Part shown: positions 29,597-43,409 of the stretch, one piece after another
Numbering within the stretch: position 1 is the stretch's first letter
How the letters are laid out: every line of letters starts with the position of its first letter
Origin: the human T2T-CHM13v2.0 reference genome, Homo sapiens
Strand: one strand, 5' to 3'
Length of the DNA: 64,000 nt
Assembly: GCF_009914755.1 (NCBI RefSeq)
Contig: NC_060928.1
The notes under the pieces: model-generated
What the model saw: the letters and a program-made list of their open reading frames with translations, nothing else
The model's database searches: none
Told to the model about the DNA's origin: nothing
Translations under genes and position numbers: made by a program

Positions 29597-30249
29597 CTGA
29601 AAAACAAAATAACCAGAATGAACGAGGCCAGAGCCACAGTAATTCTTATGTCATACTTTATTACTTAAATATTAGTTATATCTTCAAGAAAATACGACAT
29701 AAATATTTTACACATTTTATTGTCATAGATTCTCTCCTCTTGTGTCACACAAGTATTAATAGCTAAATTATTCCCTGCTTGTAAAACTTCATCATATTTA
29801 GGAAGGGGAGAGTATCTGACAGTTCTAGAATTATCTTTTCTAAAAAAGAAATCAAAATCACTTGTTATGTCCACCAACTTTTTATATATATATATCATAA
29901 ACTACATATGTGACTATATATTCCTGTGATTCAAAAATTCATAATAGCTGTTTATTATTTTCTAAAGTCAGTAAAATTGAGAGCAGTAGTTAATAATTGT
30001 AAGAATCTTCTGTATGAAATGCAAAAGACTTTAAAATGACAACCAGTAGAATATATTTCATCACTACTCAAGAAACTCTCTCACTACAGAAACTATACAG
30101 GAGGAATCACAAATGTAATAATATTAAACTATTTTTGCTCTTGATATAGCTAAGATCTTTAGACCTGTTTACAAAGCAATTAATTGAAGAATAACTATAT
30201 AATACAAAGCTGCCTTTTATAATCATACAAATTTGTTAACTGTGATTAC

Positions 30250-30308
30250 CTAAAGTTGACAACTTGACACTTTATGTAATGATGGTTTAAATTGGATCTC
30301 TGAAATAT
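30250..30308 (-). pseudogene. TMPRSS11GP: Exon 4 (SEA domain): IFQRSNLNHHYIKCQVVNFR
   Basis: Long polypyrimidine tract + CAG; AG|GTAATC donor; phase 0-2. Confidence 0.8.
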
Positions 30309-31769
30309 CTGAGAAAAGAAAAAAACAACAAATTAGAGCTTTGTTAAATATGAATTTCACACATTTCAATATATCACAAAAATGCTTACATAAAGCTTGC
30401 TGTGATACAAATAACATTTACTTCAATGTTTATTTACGGTTATCCCCCCAAACCTCATTTGAGCATGAACTCACCATCATAAAGATTATCTCTATAACTG
30501 GATGATGATACTTGAACAACTTGTCACATGGTCAAAGATGACTATCTAAAGAGTTGACTTAATGCAGTATTTCAACCTCTATTATAAAATATACATGGAG
30601 CAGGAGGCACAGAGATTTGAAAGTTTGATATATATGGACACATCACTCACTCATCACTCAGTATCATTCCAGCTCAGTTATCATCCTCATGGATGTGATT
30701 GAAAGATCAGCTTTTTAGGCTCTAAATAAATTCTTTTGGCCAGATTTTGATGCTGTGGCAAATGGGAGAAAGGAAGAGAATATATATTATTGAACACCTC
30801 TCTAGAATCATCATACTTACCAATAAAAATGCATGAAAGGATTACTTAGAATAAGATAAGACTGTAAATGCCACTGGTGTCATTTTAGACTTCCTACATA
30901 GGATAATTTATCTGTGGTATAAATACCTAGGTCAAATTATTTCTTAATAAAACCACAGCTTGTTACAACATATGTGGTCTTATAAGCCTGTTTATAGACT
31001 CATCAAGCTGACTTGTCAGAAAGAAGACTGACTATATATTGAACCTTAAGTGAACCTGAGTCTGCATAGTGAGTTTCACAAACCACAAGAGAAGAGCTGC
31101 TAAGTTGTGAAACTGGGTGTATGTCAAATAAGTGCTTTTCATTCATCTGACTTGATTTATGAAATTTTCTTTGGTGAAATGCCATGTAATATCATCTTGA
31201 ATAGCATGGTGAGCACAAGTTAATTAATAAATCAATAGTTACTCAAAACAAATGGCTATATGTTTTTCTTCTAATTAACTATGAAGCGAAATTTGTTTTT
31301 GAAGAATATATTTTTATATACACATGCACATTTATATGACAAAACTAATACATATTTATTGTTAAAAAATTTTAAAGTAAACAATATAGAAAATGTATTG
31401 GAAAGCATTAAAGTCATTTTTAAATCACTGTCTAGAGAACTTGTTATTTACATTCTGGTATATATGCTTCCAGATTTTATATTTACATGTTTATATATAC
31501 ATAAAATATATTCTCTCTATATATACAAATATAGATGTTTATATAATATCTATATGTTTTCTGCCTGCCTCCTTCCATTTTCTTTCCAATTTAATAATTT
31601 TTTTTCTAGGTAAATCGCAGCTTCATGAGTCATGTATCATCCATGGTAATTGAGCACATAAACAGTCCGGATTATTGAACTCCTCAAGAAAGTATAAAAT
31701 GCATTTTAGGTACAGGTTTTCATCTTTTTCTTTTAAGAATATGTTTGCTATAACTGTAACTCAGTTCTA

Positions 31770-32105
31770 CAAGGATTGGCAAACTATAGCCTGTACACAA
31801 AATCGAACCTGCTACCTGTGTTTATATTGCTCATGATCCAAGGATGGTCTTCATGCCTTTTTAATAGTTGAAAAAAAGAATAAGAAGGGTATTTTTGATA
31901 TCCAAAAATTTTACAAAATTCAAGTTTCAGTGCTCATAATAAATTTTTATTGAAACGTTGTCACACCTACTTGTTTATGTGTTGTCTATGGCTGCTTTAA
32001 CACAACAATAACAGCTGTGAGTAGTTGCACAGACACTGTGTGTCCTGCAAAGTTGAAAATATTTACTATCTTGCATTTTATAGAAAAAGTTTGCATTTAC
32101 CTCTG
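31770..32105. mobile_element. MER58-like hAT element
   Basis: caaggattggcaaactatagcctg ... aaaatatttactatct..ttatagaaaaagtttgc. Confidence 0.75.
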
Positions 32106-33059
32106 GTCTAAATTGCTGCATTGCCTTTCTTTATATGTTATCTCCATTTATGCATTAAGGGACAGGACCAATATTAGTAAATTGATCATTTATTTACTAG
32201 TCATCTCCTTGATGAGTATTTATATGGGCCTACCATGTACAAACACTGTGAAAGGCACAAGAAATATAAGAAGAAATGGAGTTAGCTCCAGCACAAATTA
32301 ATTCACAAGTTAAAAGGGGGCATAGACATATAATATTTTCATAATTTATGATCAGTACTTTAGAAAAGGTACACAAAAAGTTCTGTGAGAGCATTGGAAA
32401 CAGATGCTAACATTTATTAGGATATTACCTTTCATGCTTTGTATTCATTACATCTAGTGATCCTTAAAATAACACTGGGAGTTGGGTGAAATTATCCCCA
32501 TTTTGTAGTGTAAACTTTTAGGGGTCAAGCAACTTTTTGAAAGTTATTAGAATGACAAAGGATAAGACTGGGATATCCTTTGTGGCATCTAGATGTCTAT
32601 GACTTCGAAGTTTGGGCTGTCTCTAATTCAATATCTTAATTCCTGTAACAAAATATTCTTTACACTGGCCTGCTTTTTCCCCCTCAAAGAAAATGTCCTT
32701 AAGATGTATTTTTGAAAAGGCATACCCACTCCACTCCGTAGCATTCTTCAAACCATTTCATCTGCTTCTGGTTTGGGTTGTGAAATGGCTGAAGAAATAT
32801 GTCTGAATGTGGTAAGAGTGATCTGCCTTCTTTGATTAGTGAATGCTGGGCTGAATAGTGGCTGCGAATACGACTGAAGTCTTCAGAGGAAGAGCTAGTC
32901 TGTGTGTTTCTGTGGTATATTTTCAAGAGCAGCCTAATAGGACATATATCAGGGTCATCCATAGAAGGTACTTAATAAATGGTATGTGGTAATGTTATTT
33001 GTGCCTGAATGATCGAGTTAAGATTTTAGATAACTCTAATCATTGGTATTTGCATTTTA

Positions 33060-33399
<340 letters not shown>

Positions 33400-33447
33400 T
33401 TATCATTTGTCTAGCATATTTTTCTAGGTGTCCTGAGATGGTGTTGG

Positions 33448-33832
33448 TGATAGGTTTTAGCTGTGTCCCCACCCAAATCTCATCTTGAATTGTAGCTCCC
33501 ACAATTCCCACGTGTCATGGGACGAACCCAGTGGGAGGTAGTTGAATCATGGGGGCAGGTGTTTCCTGTGCTGTTCTTGTGATAATGAACAAGTCTCAGG
33601 AGATCTGATGGTTTTATAAAAGGGAATTCTCCTACACAAGCTCTCTTTTGCCTTCAGCCATGTAAGACACCTCTTGATCTTCCACCATAATTGTGAGGTC
33701 TCCCCAGCCACGTGGAACTGTGAGTCAATTATCTTCTCTTTATAATCTTTAATAATCCTTAACAATCTTTCCTTTATAAATTACCCAGTCTCAGGTATGT
33801 CTTTATTAGCAGTGTGAGAACAGACTAATACA
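33448..33832 (+). mobile_element. THE1 solo LTR
   Basis: tgataggttttagctgtgtccccacccaaatctcatc ... gagaacagactaataca. Confidence 0.88.
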
Positions 33833-33839
33833 GTGGTTA

Positions 33840-33996
33840 CAGTTTCCAGAATTAGCAAATAAAAATACAGTTAAACTTGAATTTCAGATAAACAATGAAT
33901 GATTTTTTAGTACAAGTATGTTTCAAATACTGCATGAAGATATTTTCAGGACGATCTGAAATTACAGTTGAACTGGGCATTCTGTTTTTTTTAGGA
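33840..33996. mobile_element. MER53-like DNA element
   Basis: ttagcaaataaaaatacagttaaacttgaatttcagataaacaatgaat. Confidence 0.65.
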
Positions 33997-34101
33997 AATT
34001 CTAATGTACGTGCAAAAAGCAGTGCTTTCAACTCACCTTTTATCTTAATTTTCACAAAGTATTGTCAGGATAGGAATGATGCCAGCCAAGATTTAGCTTA
34101 C

Positions 34102-34220
34102 CTCGTTACTGACTTTTTGTTTCAGGTCGGTGCTAAGTTTTGAGTGTTCTACTGAAAAATCAGGATTATATTCAATACTGGGGATCTGGAAGGAGGTTTG
34201 GTAATAGTAAAACTTCAGGC
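34102..34220 (-). pseudogene. TMPRSS11GP: Exon 3 (SEA start): GLKFYYYQTSFQIPSIEYNPDFSVEHSKLSTDLKQKVSNE
   Basis: cttcCAG acceptor; GAG|GTAAGC donor; YYxxSF motif typical of HAT/DESC SEA domains. Confidence 0.9.
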
Positions 34221-34808
34221 CTGGAAGGGAAAGCAGACAGGGATGGTTTCTGTTTAGTAAATTTGAGTTGTATAATTATGAGAAGTAGAGGGGTTGAAAA
34301 CAAAAAATGATACAATTGGTGAACTCCCAAGAGTTACAAATGCTATACCTGTAGTCTATACCTCCCTCTAACTCTTTTTTAGGACCACACATTTTCATAG
34401 TCACCATGGTTGTCAGTTATGTCATAACACAATTATCACCTGTTAGTGATAATTCATAAATTTAAGATGTTAATTAAGTAAATGTAGAATGTACGATATT
34501 CTCATAAGTTGACCTCAAATTTAGAATTTCTACTAAAATAACTTTTTACTCTTAGCATATTAACTAATATTATATCACAAAATTACATAGGATATATTTA
34601 TTGCACTGTTCAAGAAATAATATTATACAAACCACATCAAAATTTAAACTCTAGACATAATTTTTATACATAAGAGATTATTTTCCCAACTGTATATAAA
34701 TTTATTCAGATGGAAATTGCATTCTAAAATACTAGAAAATATTAAAGTTTTGAAATAAGTTAAGTGGGTCTTCAAATATTCGAAATAAAACAATTAATAG
34801 ATACTTAC

Positions 34809-34930
34809 CATATGCCAAAAAATAAACAAGGAGACCAATCAGTATCACCAGAATCAACACAACAGCTCTGACAATAAGGGCAAACATCCATGGTTTCAGT
34901 GAACTCACTCTTCTACCCAGTGTCATTGGC
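34809..34930 (-). pseudogene. TMPRSS11GP: Exon 2 (signal-anchor TM): PMTLGRRVSSLKPWMFALIVRAVVLILVILIGLLVYFLAY
   Basis: Hydrophobic helix ending IGLLVYFL typical of TMPRSS11; G|GTAAGT donor. Confidence 0.92.
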
Positions 34931-37849
34931 CTTTTGAGAAAGAATTGTGTGTTAAAAATGAATAGGATTTTAAGACTAAATGTTCCTTTTTCTGTAGAAT
35001 TTTTTTCTGGAATTCATATTTAGCTCATATTGAATTTGGTAACACTTAAATATATTTTCCATGAAATTTTTTTAAATGCTATAAAAATATGATTGACATT
35101 TAACATTATACTTTCTTTTTTTAAAGTCAGCAGTATTTTACCATTCACTACCTTTTCATATACTTCCTGGTCCATTATACTATATGCTATAATTTTTTTA
35201 TTTGTAAATGAACTAATAATATATATTTGATTCATGTGTTTCAAATCACAATGAACCTAAGAAAACAAGAGTATCTGGGTCACTCTTCTCATTCTAACAT
35301 TAAGACACAGAGGTTCAGAGATTACCAAAACCTCAAAGTCGGATATTAGGGAAGCCAGAAATAGGACTTGGGCCGTTTGGGCTCCTTTTACACCTCTATA
35401 CTTAAAAAACCTACTACACCGTTTACAGTTCATGCAACTCATAGTGCATATGAAGAGCATCTATAATAAGGCTGATTGAAAAAAAATAAGAGAATTATAA
35501 GGAAAAAATAATTAGCCAAACAAGAAGAGATCATTAATATGATGAACAAGCAAATCAATAGTGGTAGCTCAGGACTTTAGACCCAGGAACTCTGTGTTGT
35601 GATAAATATCTATTTCATAGGGTCATAAGACATCAAACCTGTGATTTCAATAGATGATATTGTTTATCATAAAGCCAAATTTATTTGAATGAATTAAAAA
35701 TCAATTTTAAGAAAATATCAAGGCAATAATAGTGCCAGTATGCAAATATGGCAAAAGCATAAAAGTGGTATGCAAATGACTGACATTTGGGAATCCCTTG
35801 TGCAAGCAGGAAAACGTGGCAAAACTCTCTCCTCATCCCAGTGCCAGAGCCCACAGTCTAAAGACAAAATCTGAACAGTTACAGAGTTGAGGCAGGCCAA
35901 GATAACACCAACATGGGTTGTTTAAAGAGATTTAATCCATAAGGAGACTGGACAAGAATATGGTTCTGAGAAGGGTGCTAGTTCTTGTCCTGTCTGTTAA
36001 AATTACACATGGAAAAGAAAAGGAGGGAATTACCTTTCCTGAGATTGGTACCTGATAGTAGTAAAGTGGATAGCAGGCCTCAGGTTATAACTGAAGATCT
36101 CAGTTGACTCTCCTCTTCAGGCATCACTGAACTGGAAGGAGTCAGGCTTCCCCTGATATTCTTGGGTCTGGGCAAAGGAGTACATAGATGCAATTTCTCC
36201 ATCCCAGAATCATCAACCTGAGCTCTGTTAAGTATTCAAGTAGCACTAATTCTGAGTTCAGCTGGTATTCTAGAAGGATCTTATGTTACTCTGTCCTGTT
36301 ACTCTTAGGTGGGTAGCAAAAGAAAAGCATTGCAACCTGGAAATATCTGAAGTGTCTCTAGAATCACTGAGTTGGAGCTGGAGCACAGGCAAGAGCTGAT
36401 GAACATATCTGTCACCTTCACTAATAGAAGACCATGGAGAATCATGAGCCCATTGTCAACACTCACTGAGTTTCTTCTGTGTGCCAATGAAACACTTCTA
36501 GAGATTAAGACATAGTCTCTTCTCTTAAAAGATGTATAATCTAGAGACACATAAAGTAACTAGTATAATACAAGTCTCAAAATGCTATTACAGATGAGTG
36601 GATACAAATGGTTTTGCCTTAGAGAAGCTGTTCTTAGAACTAGGTCCTAAAGGCTGAGAAGGAATTGGCAAGGGTCGTGTGTGCATCAGGCAGAGAACAC
36701 CATAAGCAAAGATAAGAAAACTTGAGAACCAAGGACATACTTGAGAAAACCGTATATTAATCAGAGTAGAGGTAAACTTAATTAATGCGTTTATGTGTTA
36801 GTTAACTCAGCAGGCATTTTATTCAGGATTACTATGTACAAAACAAGGGAATGTAAAGACTCTTCAACAGATCTTTCTTTTGAGGAACTTATAGTCTGAT
36901 AAAGGAGGAACACAGTAGACACAAATTGCTATCAGAATTGCAGAAAATTTAAACGAGAATTTCAAAGAAGGGCTAACAATTCCTCTTTGGAGGAAATAAT
37001 GGCTGAAATAAGGATACAGTTTTTTTTTAAGCTTAAAAAGGGTGGACACATCTTCTCACTATTTTCCTCTCTGAGCCAGACACAGAACACAATTCATAAA
37101 GGGGAGTTTCCTTTGCAACAGAATTCTCATCTTCAAAAATATGTGGTTACCTGTTGAATTATTCTATTCCTAACACCAGAATTAAAGACTGAATTAAAGT
37201 CTTATATGTCAAAGTGAGAAGTTGTTTCAGTTTATTTCCTTCCAGACATTCCCTGAAATATTTATTCCTCAATGTTGTTCAAAAAATAACATTTTTCTCT
37301 CTATTTCTTTTAGTACTAACCTAATTTTAGCTTAAACATTGAAGAATTTCCATGGCTATTCTAGACAGGTGGGGAGTTTGCTTCATAGAAGTACTTGGTA
37401 ATTATTTGTCTACTGAATGAAATAATGTATCATAAAGTAGTAGACAACTCTAAACCATTTGCAAAACAAACAACTGTTTTTAGCAAAGAGTATTGCTACA
37501 CCTGCATTGCTTTTTCCATGGCAGGAATGGAAATGAGATTAAGCATTTACCTGGAATCAAGATACAATTTAAAATTTTGTACAAAATTTGTACTTAATAA
37601 TCACTAAAGGATAATTCTCTCTTTGTCTTTCTTTCTTGGCTTCTCCCTATCCCTAATCCTTCCAATTCAAGGAATTCAGCTTTAGTACGACTATCCCAGA
37701 GAGACTACTAAACAAGTTCACTACAGTGCACGAAAATCCAGCTTTGGAGAAACTTCTGACCAGCAAGTCAGAAGTTTCAAAGAAAACTTCTTTGGTTTCA
37801 AAGAAAAATGTAAGTGACTTCACCCTTGAGGAATACCTGAGGCAGGGTT

Positions 37850-38236
37850 GTTTTTAAAGAAAAAACAGTTTGTTTGGCTCACGGTTCTGCAGGCTATACA
37901 AGAAACGTGGTGCTGGAATCTGCTGGGCTTCTGATGAGGGCTAAAGACTGCTTCCAGTCAGGGAAGAAGGCAAATTGGAGCCAGAGTGTGCACACAGCAC
38001 ACAACCAGAGAGGAGGAAGATGGGGTGCCAGGTTTTGTTTTGTTTTGTTTTTTTGTTTAACAATTAGCTCTTGTGGGAACTAATAAAGTGAAAACTCGCT
38101 CATCTTAGGAAGGGCATTAATCTATTCTTGAGGGATCTGCCCTGATGACCCAAACATCTCCCATGAGACCCCACCTCCAACATTGGTGTCAAATTTCAGG
38201 ATGAGGTTTGGAGAGTCAAATATCCAAACCCTAGCA
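37850..38236 (-). mobile_element. MST-family MaLR LTR
   Basis: tttggctcacggttctgcaggctatacaagaa...ccccacctccaacattgg...tatccaaaccctagca. Confidence 0.75.
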
Positions 38237-39569
38237 CCCATTATGTGGGATCATAGCAATGACTGAGTTAATATATATGTAAGAGTACTTCAAACAGTAG
38301 TTGAAACATGGTAAGGATTTAGGAGGTTGGGTTATTTTATGACTATTATTATCCAGGCCACACTAAAAATAACATCAAGTTTTTCAAAAGCAGCTAGGAA
38401 AAGATACTGAGGAGTCTGTGAATAGATGGAGTGGAGTGAGCTAGTAGATGGTGAAGGCGCTGCTCACGAAAGAAACAGAGGTGGTGCCCAGGTCTTCAGA
38501 ATCTGAGTGACGACACTGGACACAAACTACTCACTGACTGGGGAGCAGCTGAGAAGCCTAGCAAATCCTGGCTTATCCCCCGAGAATGTTCCAGCAGGTA
38601 AGAGATTCTAAGCTTGGGGGACGGGGAGCCTACAGGAGAAACCACAGGTTCAAAAGTAGGCATTATATGGTGAGCACATTTTGAAGTGTCCACAGGAAAA
38701 GAATTACTGGATGAAGATAATGAATATGGGAAATTTTAGAACAAGATGGGTGAATCATCAATTAGAATTTTACTTCATTTCCTAGGTAAAACACAGTAAC
38801 TTTGGAATAAAGTCATTGTCATGCAAATACCAGGAGGTGATGGTGTTACTATTCATAATCACAATGGCTTAGTAATAATGATGATGATCATTCTAATTGT
38901 CCCACCAGATACAAGACTGTCATAAAATCGGTAATGTGGACAGAAATACTGAAAGTTGTGTAAAAGATTAAATGAGGTTTGTGCTTTCTTTTACGTTTCA
39001 CGTTCTGACAAGCTGTGTGTCTTGTTTCCATAATCCCACATTACACAAATAAGAAAGACATAATGGTTCATAACTGGAAAGTTGATTGATATCATAATTA
39101 AAATTATTAAAATAACTGATGTTTTAGTAGATAAGAGTTCAAAAGGGGATAATCAATGTCAAGAGTGCTACGCTTCAAAGTTCTGTTCATAAATGCAAAT
39201 TTACATGGGGAAGTTCCATGAGAAATTATTCCTTGAAGGAATTGAGATAATTAAAACCTCGTAAGAATAAAAAAGAATGCATAGGCCATTGACCTGAGCT
39301 ATTGAAAACAATGTGACTGGCCAGAGCAGTACTTTCCAACCATTTTTGTCAATGTTGCTTCATATCTGGAGGGGGTACATTTTTCTGCTTTCTTACCAAT
39401 GTCTTCAATTAAGCATCATTCATCCTTAGTCATCTCTCTTCCTACTATTACTTGATAACAAATTTTGACCTCCACAAGAAAGCAGGTATTGTTTTGAAAG
39501 TTGTAACATGCACAAAGACATTATTTGCAAATCTTTTCTAATGAACAAGTCTTACTGTCACTGTATCTA

Positions 39570-39980
<411 letters not shown>

Positions 39981-40754
39981 TTAAAGAACTATTTGAGAAG
40001 TCATGTAAGTCACAGCTGAAGTCACATAAGTGCTAAAGAGGAGGGATAATGATAGAGTATGACTTTGACACTTCGGTGAATAATAGCTGTGGGAGCTTCT
40101 ATATTGAATGAAGACACACTTTTGAGTTTCCAGAACCTTTTGATCTCTTCTTTCCTGTCTTTATTTTTCTTTCCTTTCCTCCCTTTTATTCTTTTTATTC
40201 TCTAACAGCTTTATGGAGATATAATTCACATATCATACTGGTCACCAATTTAAAGTGTGCAATTCAATGCTTTTCAGTATATTCATAAAGTGCAATCATC
40301 CTATTTTCTAATGTTCTGTCATCCCAAATAGAACTCTCAAAATGAACAAAACAAAGAATAAGTTTTGTCATTAAACACATTAGAGAGTGATTGCAGGTTG
40401 AGGGACAGAGGTAATGATTACTTAATTAAGCAGCAGCGATTTGTCACTGAAGAAAAGCTATTTGGGCTGAGAGGTGAATCACAAGGAAACAATTTCAAGA
40501 TGTGGGGAGACAGCAACGAGGTGGCAGCAAGTTCTGAGAACTGGAACAAGAGTGAACTTGTTGAGTCACTGGAGGAACTGAGGCCAGAGTGGTTAGATTG
40601 CAGTGAGTCCCAGGAAGGGTGGAGAAGGTTAGCCAGAGAGGCAGACAAGGATCACATCAGGGGGTGTCTGTAGGCCATAGTGAGGTATCACTAAATCTAA
40701 GGGTTATAGGGATCCACTGGACAATTTTAAATGTGAAAAACATGATATAATTTA

Positions 40755-41048
40755 CTTTTTTTTCATTGAGACAATGTCTTGCTCTGTCACCCAGGCTGGA
40801 GTGCAGTGTCATGATCTCAGCTCACTGCAGCCTCAACCTCCCATGCTCAAGCCATCCTCCCACTTCAGCCTCTCCAGTAGCTAGGACTACTAGCCTGCAC
40901 CACCACACCTGGCTAATTTTTGTAGTTTTTGTAGAAATGGAGTTTTGCCATGTTGCCCACGCTAGTCTGGAACTCCTGAGCTTGAGCGATCCACCCGCCT
41001 CACCCTCCCAAAATGCTGGGATTACAGGTTCGAGCCACTGTGCTTGGC
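40755..41048 (-). mobile_element. AluJ-like
   Basis: Antisense full Alu, diverged; TSD atgat(a/t)ta. Confidence 0.88.
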
Positions 41049-42551
41049 TGATATGATTTACATTAAAAAAAATAGCCTTCCATATATTGAGTCAAACTTA
41101 CTTTTGCACTCTGAAGGTATAGTACTTCTCTTCATGTATGCTCTTCTGTTCCTGACATTCACCCACTCCTTTGTTTTGATAATAACACCTCCTCTACCTA
41201 AAACCTCCTCTCTACATCCCTTTTCCCAGCCACTAGCATTTCCATTTCTGGAAATCTTTCAGTGTGCTGCTGTATACGTTTTCCCTCCTTTAAGAACCAG
41301 TTCCGTTCACAGCTATCCCCCACCCAGTTAGTAGCTCTCTTGAAATTTCCTATCCAGTGTTGTTGCTAACTGTTTTATTGCACTGGCAGTGTTCTACCTT
41401 CTATCTCTTTGCACCAATAACCTTGCCCTTCTCCCTACTTTTGCTGCCCACTCCCATAATCCATGCTCTATATCTTGTCATTACCAATAGCTGCAATTTC
41501 ATCATAATCTAAATTTTGATGTCCCAACTGTTTAACCACTACCACCCATTTTCCCAGCTCACTTCCTTGGTACCCTGACTTCAGTCCCACTGGGGTCTAT
41601 AATCCGCTGATCCTCCCACTTGCTCACTGACTCCCATCACCCTCAGCTTGCATTGCTCTCCTTCCTTAGCCTACATCCCGCGATCCCTCATCATATTCAT
41701 TCCCTGGCATACACCCTCAGACCTGTAACTCTACCTCACTTGGCCCTAATCATCTAGGAAAACCCAATCCCTGATTAAATACAACTTTCTGCCTATTTTA
41801 TGTTACACAAATGTGGCTGGGAAAAAAATAAAATCATTTTAAATCCCCGACCACTATCCTGAAGTTTTCCCTCAGTGATTCCTGACCATCATACTATTTA
41901 GTTACTCTTTCTCCTAATGTGAGAAATAGTCAATTATTTTATCTTCTCTTTTCAAAGCTGCAATACCTTCTCTGTAATCATCATTCTCAGCCAATTACAT
42001 TGATTTCATTGCATAGAGAAAATATAAATAACCAGAACGGAACACACACAAGCTCTCACTAACACATCTGCCGCAGTGTTATGCTCTTCTTACATCTCAT
42101 TTCTGGGCCAGCGTTCTCTCCGTTTGCTCTTGTCACTACACTAATGTTTAGCATAGTGCTTGGCTCAAAGTGGGCAATACATTCTGTTTTCTGCAGAGAC
42201 CATGCAATGTTAGTGAAGGGGATATGAGATAGGGAGTGAAAAGAGAGATAGGGACTGGGTTCTAGTTTTCTTCTCCTACCATTGGTCAGAATCACTTTGA
42301 AAAGGGGAAAACAAGAGTTAAGATAATTATCTAGATAATTAGTAGGAAAAAACTCTCATGTTCTCTTAATATCCAAGATGGTTTTCTCAATATTCCACTG
42401 ATCTGTACAATCTTGTCTGTATGTGACTTATCACATCTTTAGGTTACTGTTGGCTAATAAGCAAGAATGAGGCTGACAGTTGTCTATTTACTAGTTTGCA
42501 TCTTTTTCCCCCTGAGCTTTATTAAGATATAATTGACAAATAAAAAAATAT

Positions 42552-42667
42552 AAGCTAGTAGTGGTGGCTCATGCCTGTAATCATAACCCTTTGGGAGGCC
42601 AAGGCAGGAGGATCTCTTGAGTCCAGGAGTTTGAGACCAGCTGGGCAACACAGGGAGACCCCGTCTC

Positions 42668-42705
<38 letters not shown>

Positions 42706-42860
42706 CCCAGTCTACAGGCATGTTGGTGTGTGCCTGTGGTTCTAGCTACTTGGGAAGCTGAGCTACATCCCTTGAGCCTAGGAATTTGAGGCTACAGTGG
42801 GCCATGATCAGCCAACTGCACTCCAGCCTGGGTGGCAGAAGAAGACCCTGACTCACAAAA
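42552..42860 (+). mobile_element. AluJ-like with expanded middle poly(A), inside an L1M 3' fragment
   Basis: Alu arms separated by A33 (42671-42703). Confidence 0.85.
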
Positions 42861-43084
42861 AATGTATATATTTAAGGTGTTTAACATGATAATTGATAAT
42901 ATGTATACATTGTGAAATTACTACTACAACCAAACTAACATATCTATCACTTCATGTATTTACCATTTGAGTGTGTGTATGGTGAGAACGTTTAATAGCT
43001 ACATTCTTAGCAAATTTCAAATATACAATAAAGTATTATTAACTATAGTTACCATGCTGTACATTAGATTTACTGGGTTGCAGG

Positions 43085-43409
<325 letters not shown>

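Noticed and set aside
37572-37589. 18-bp perfect palindrome aaattttgtacaaaattt
   Set aside because: Low-complexity AT-rich sequence with no supporting context.
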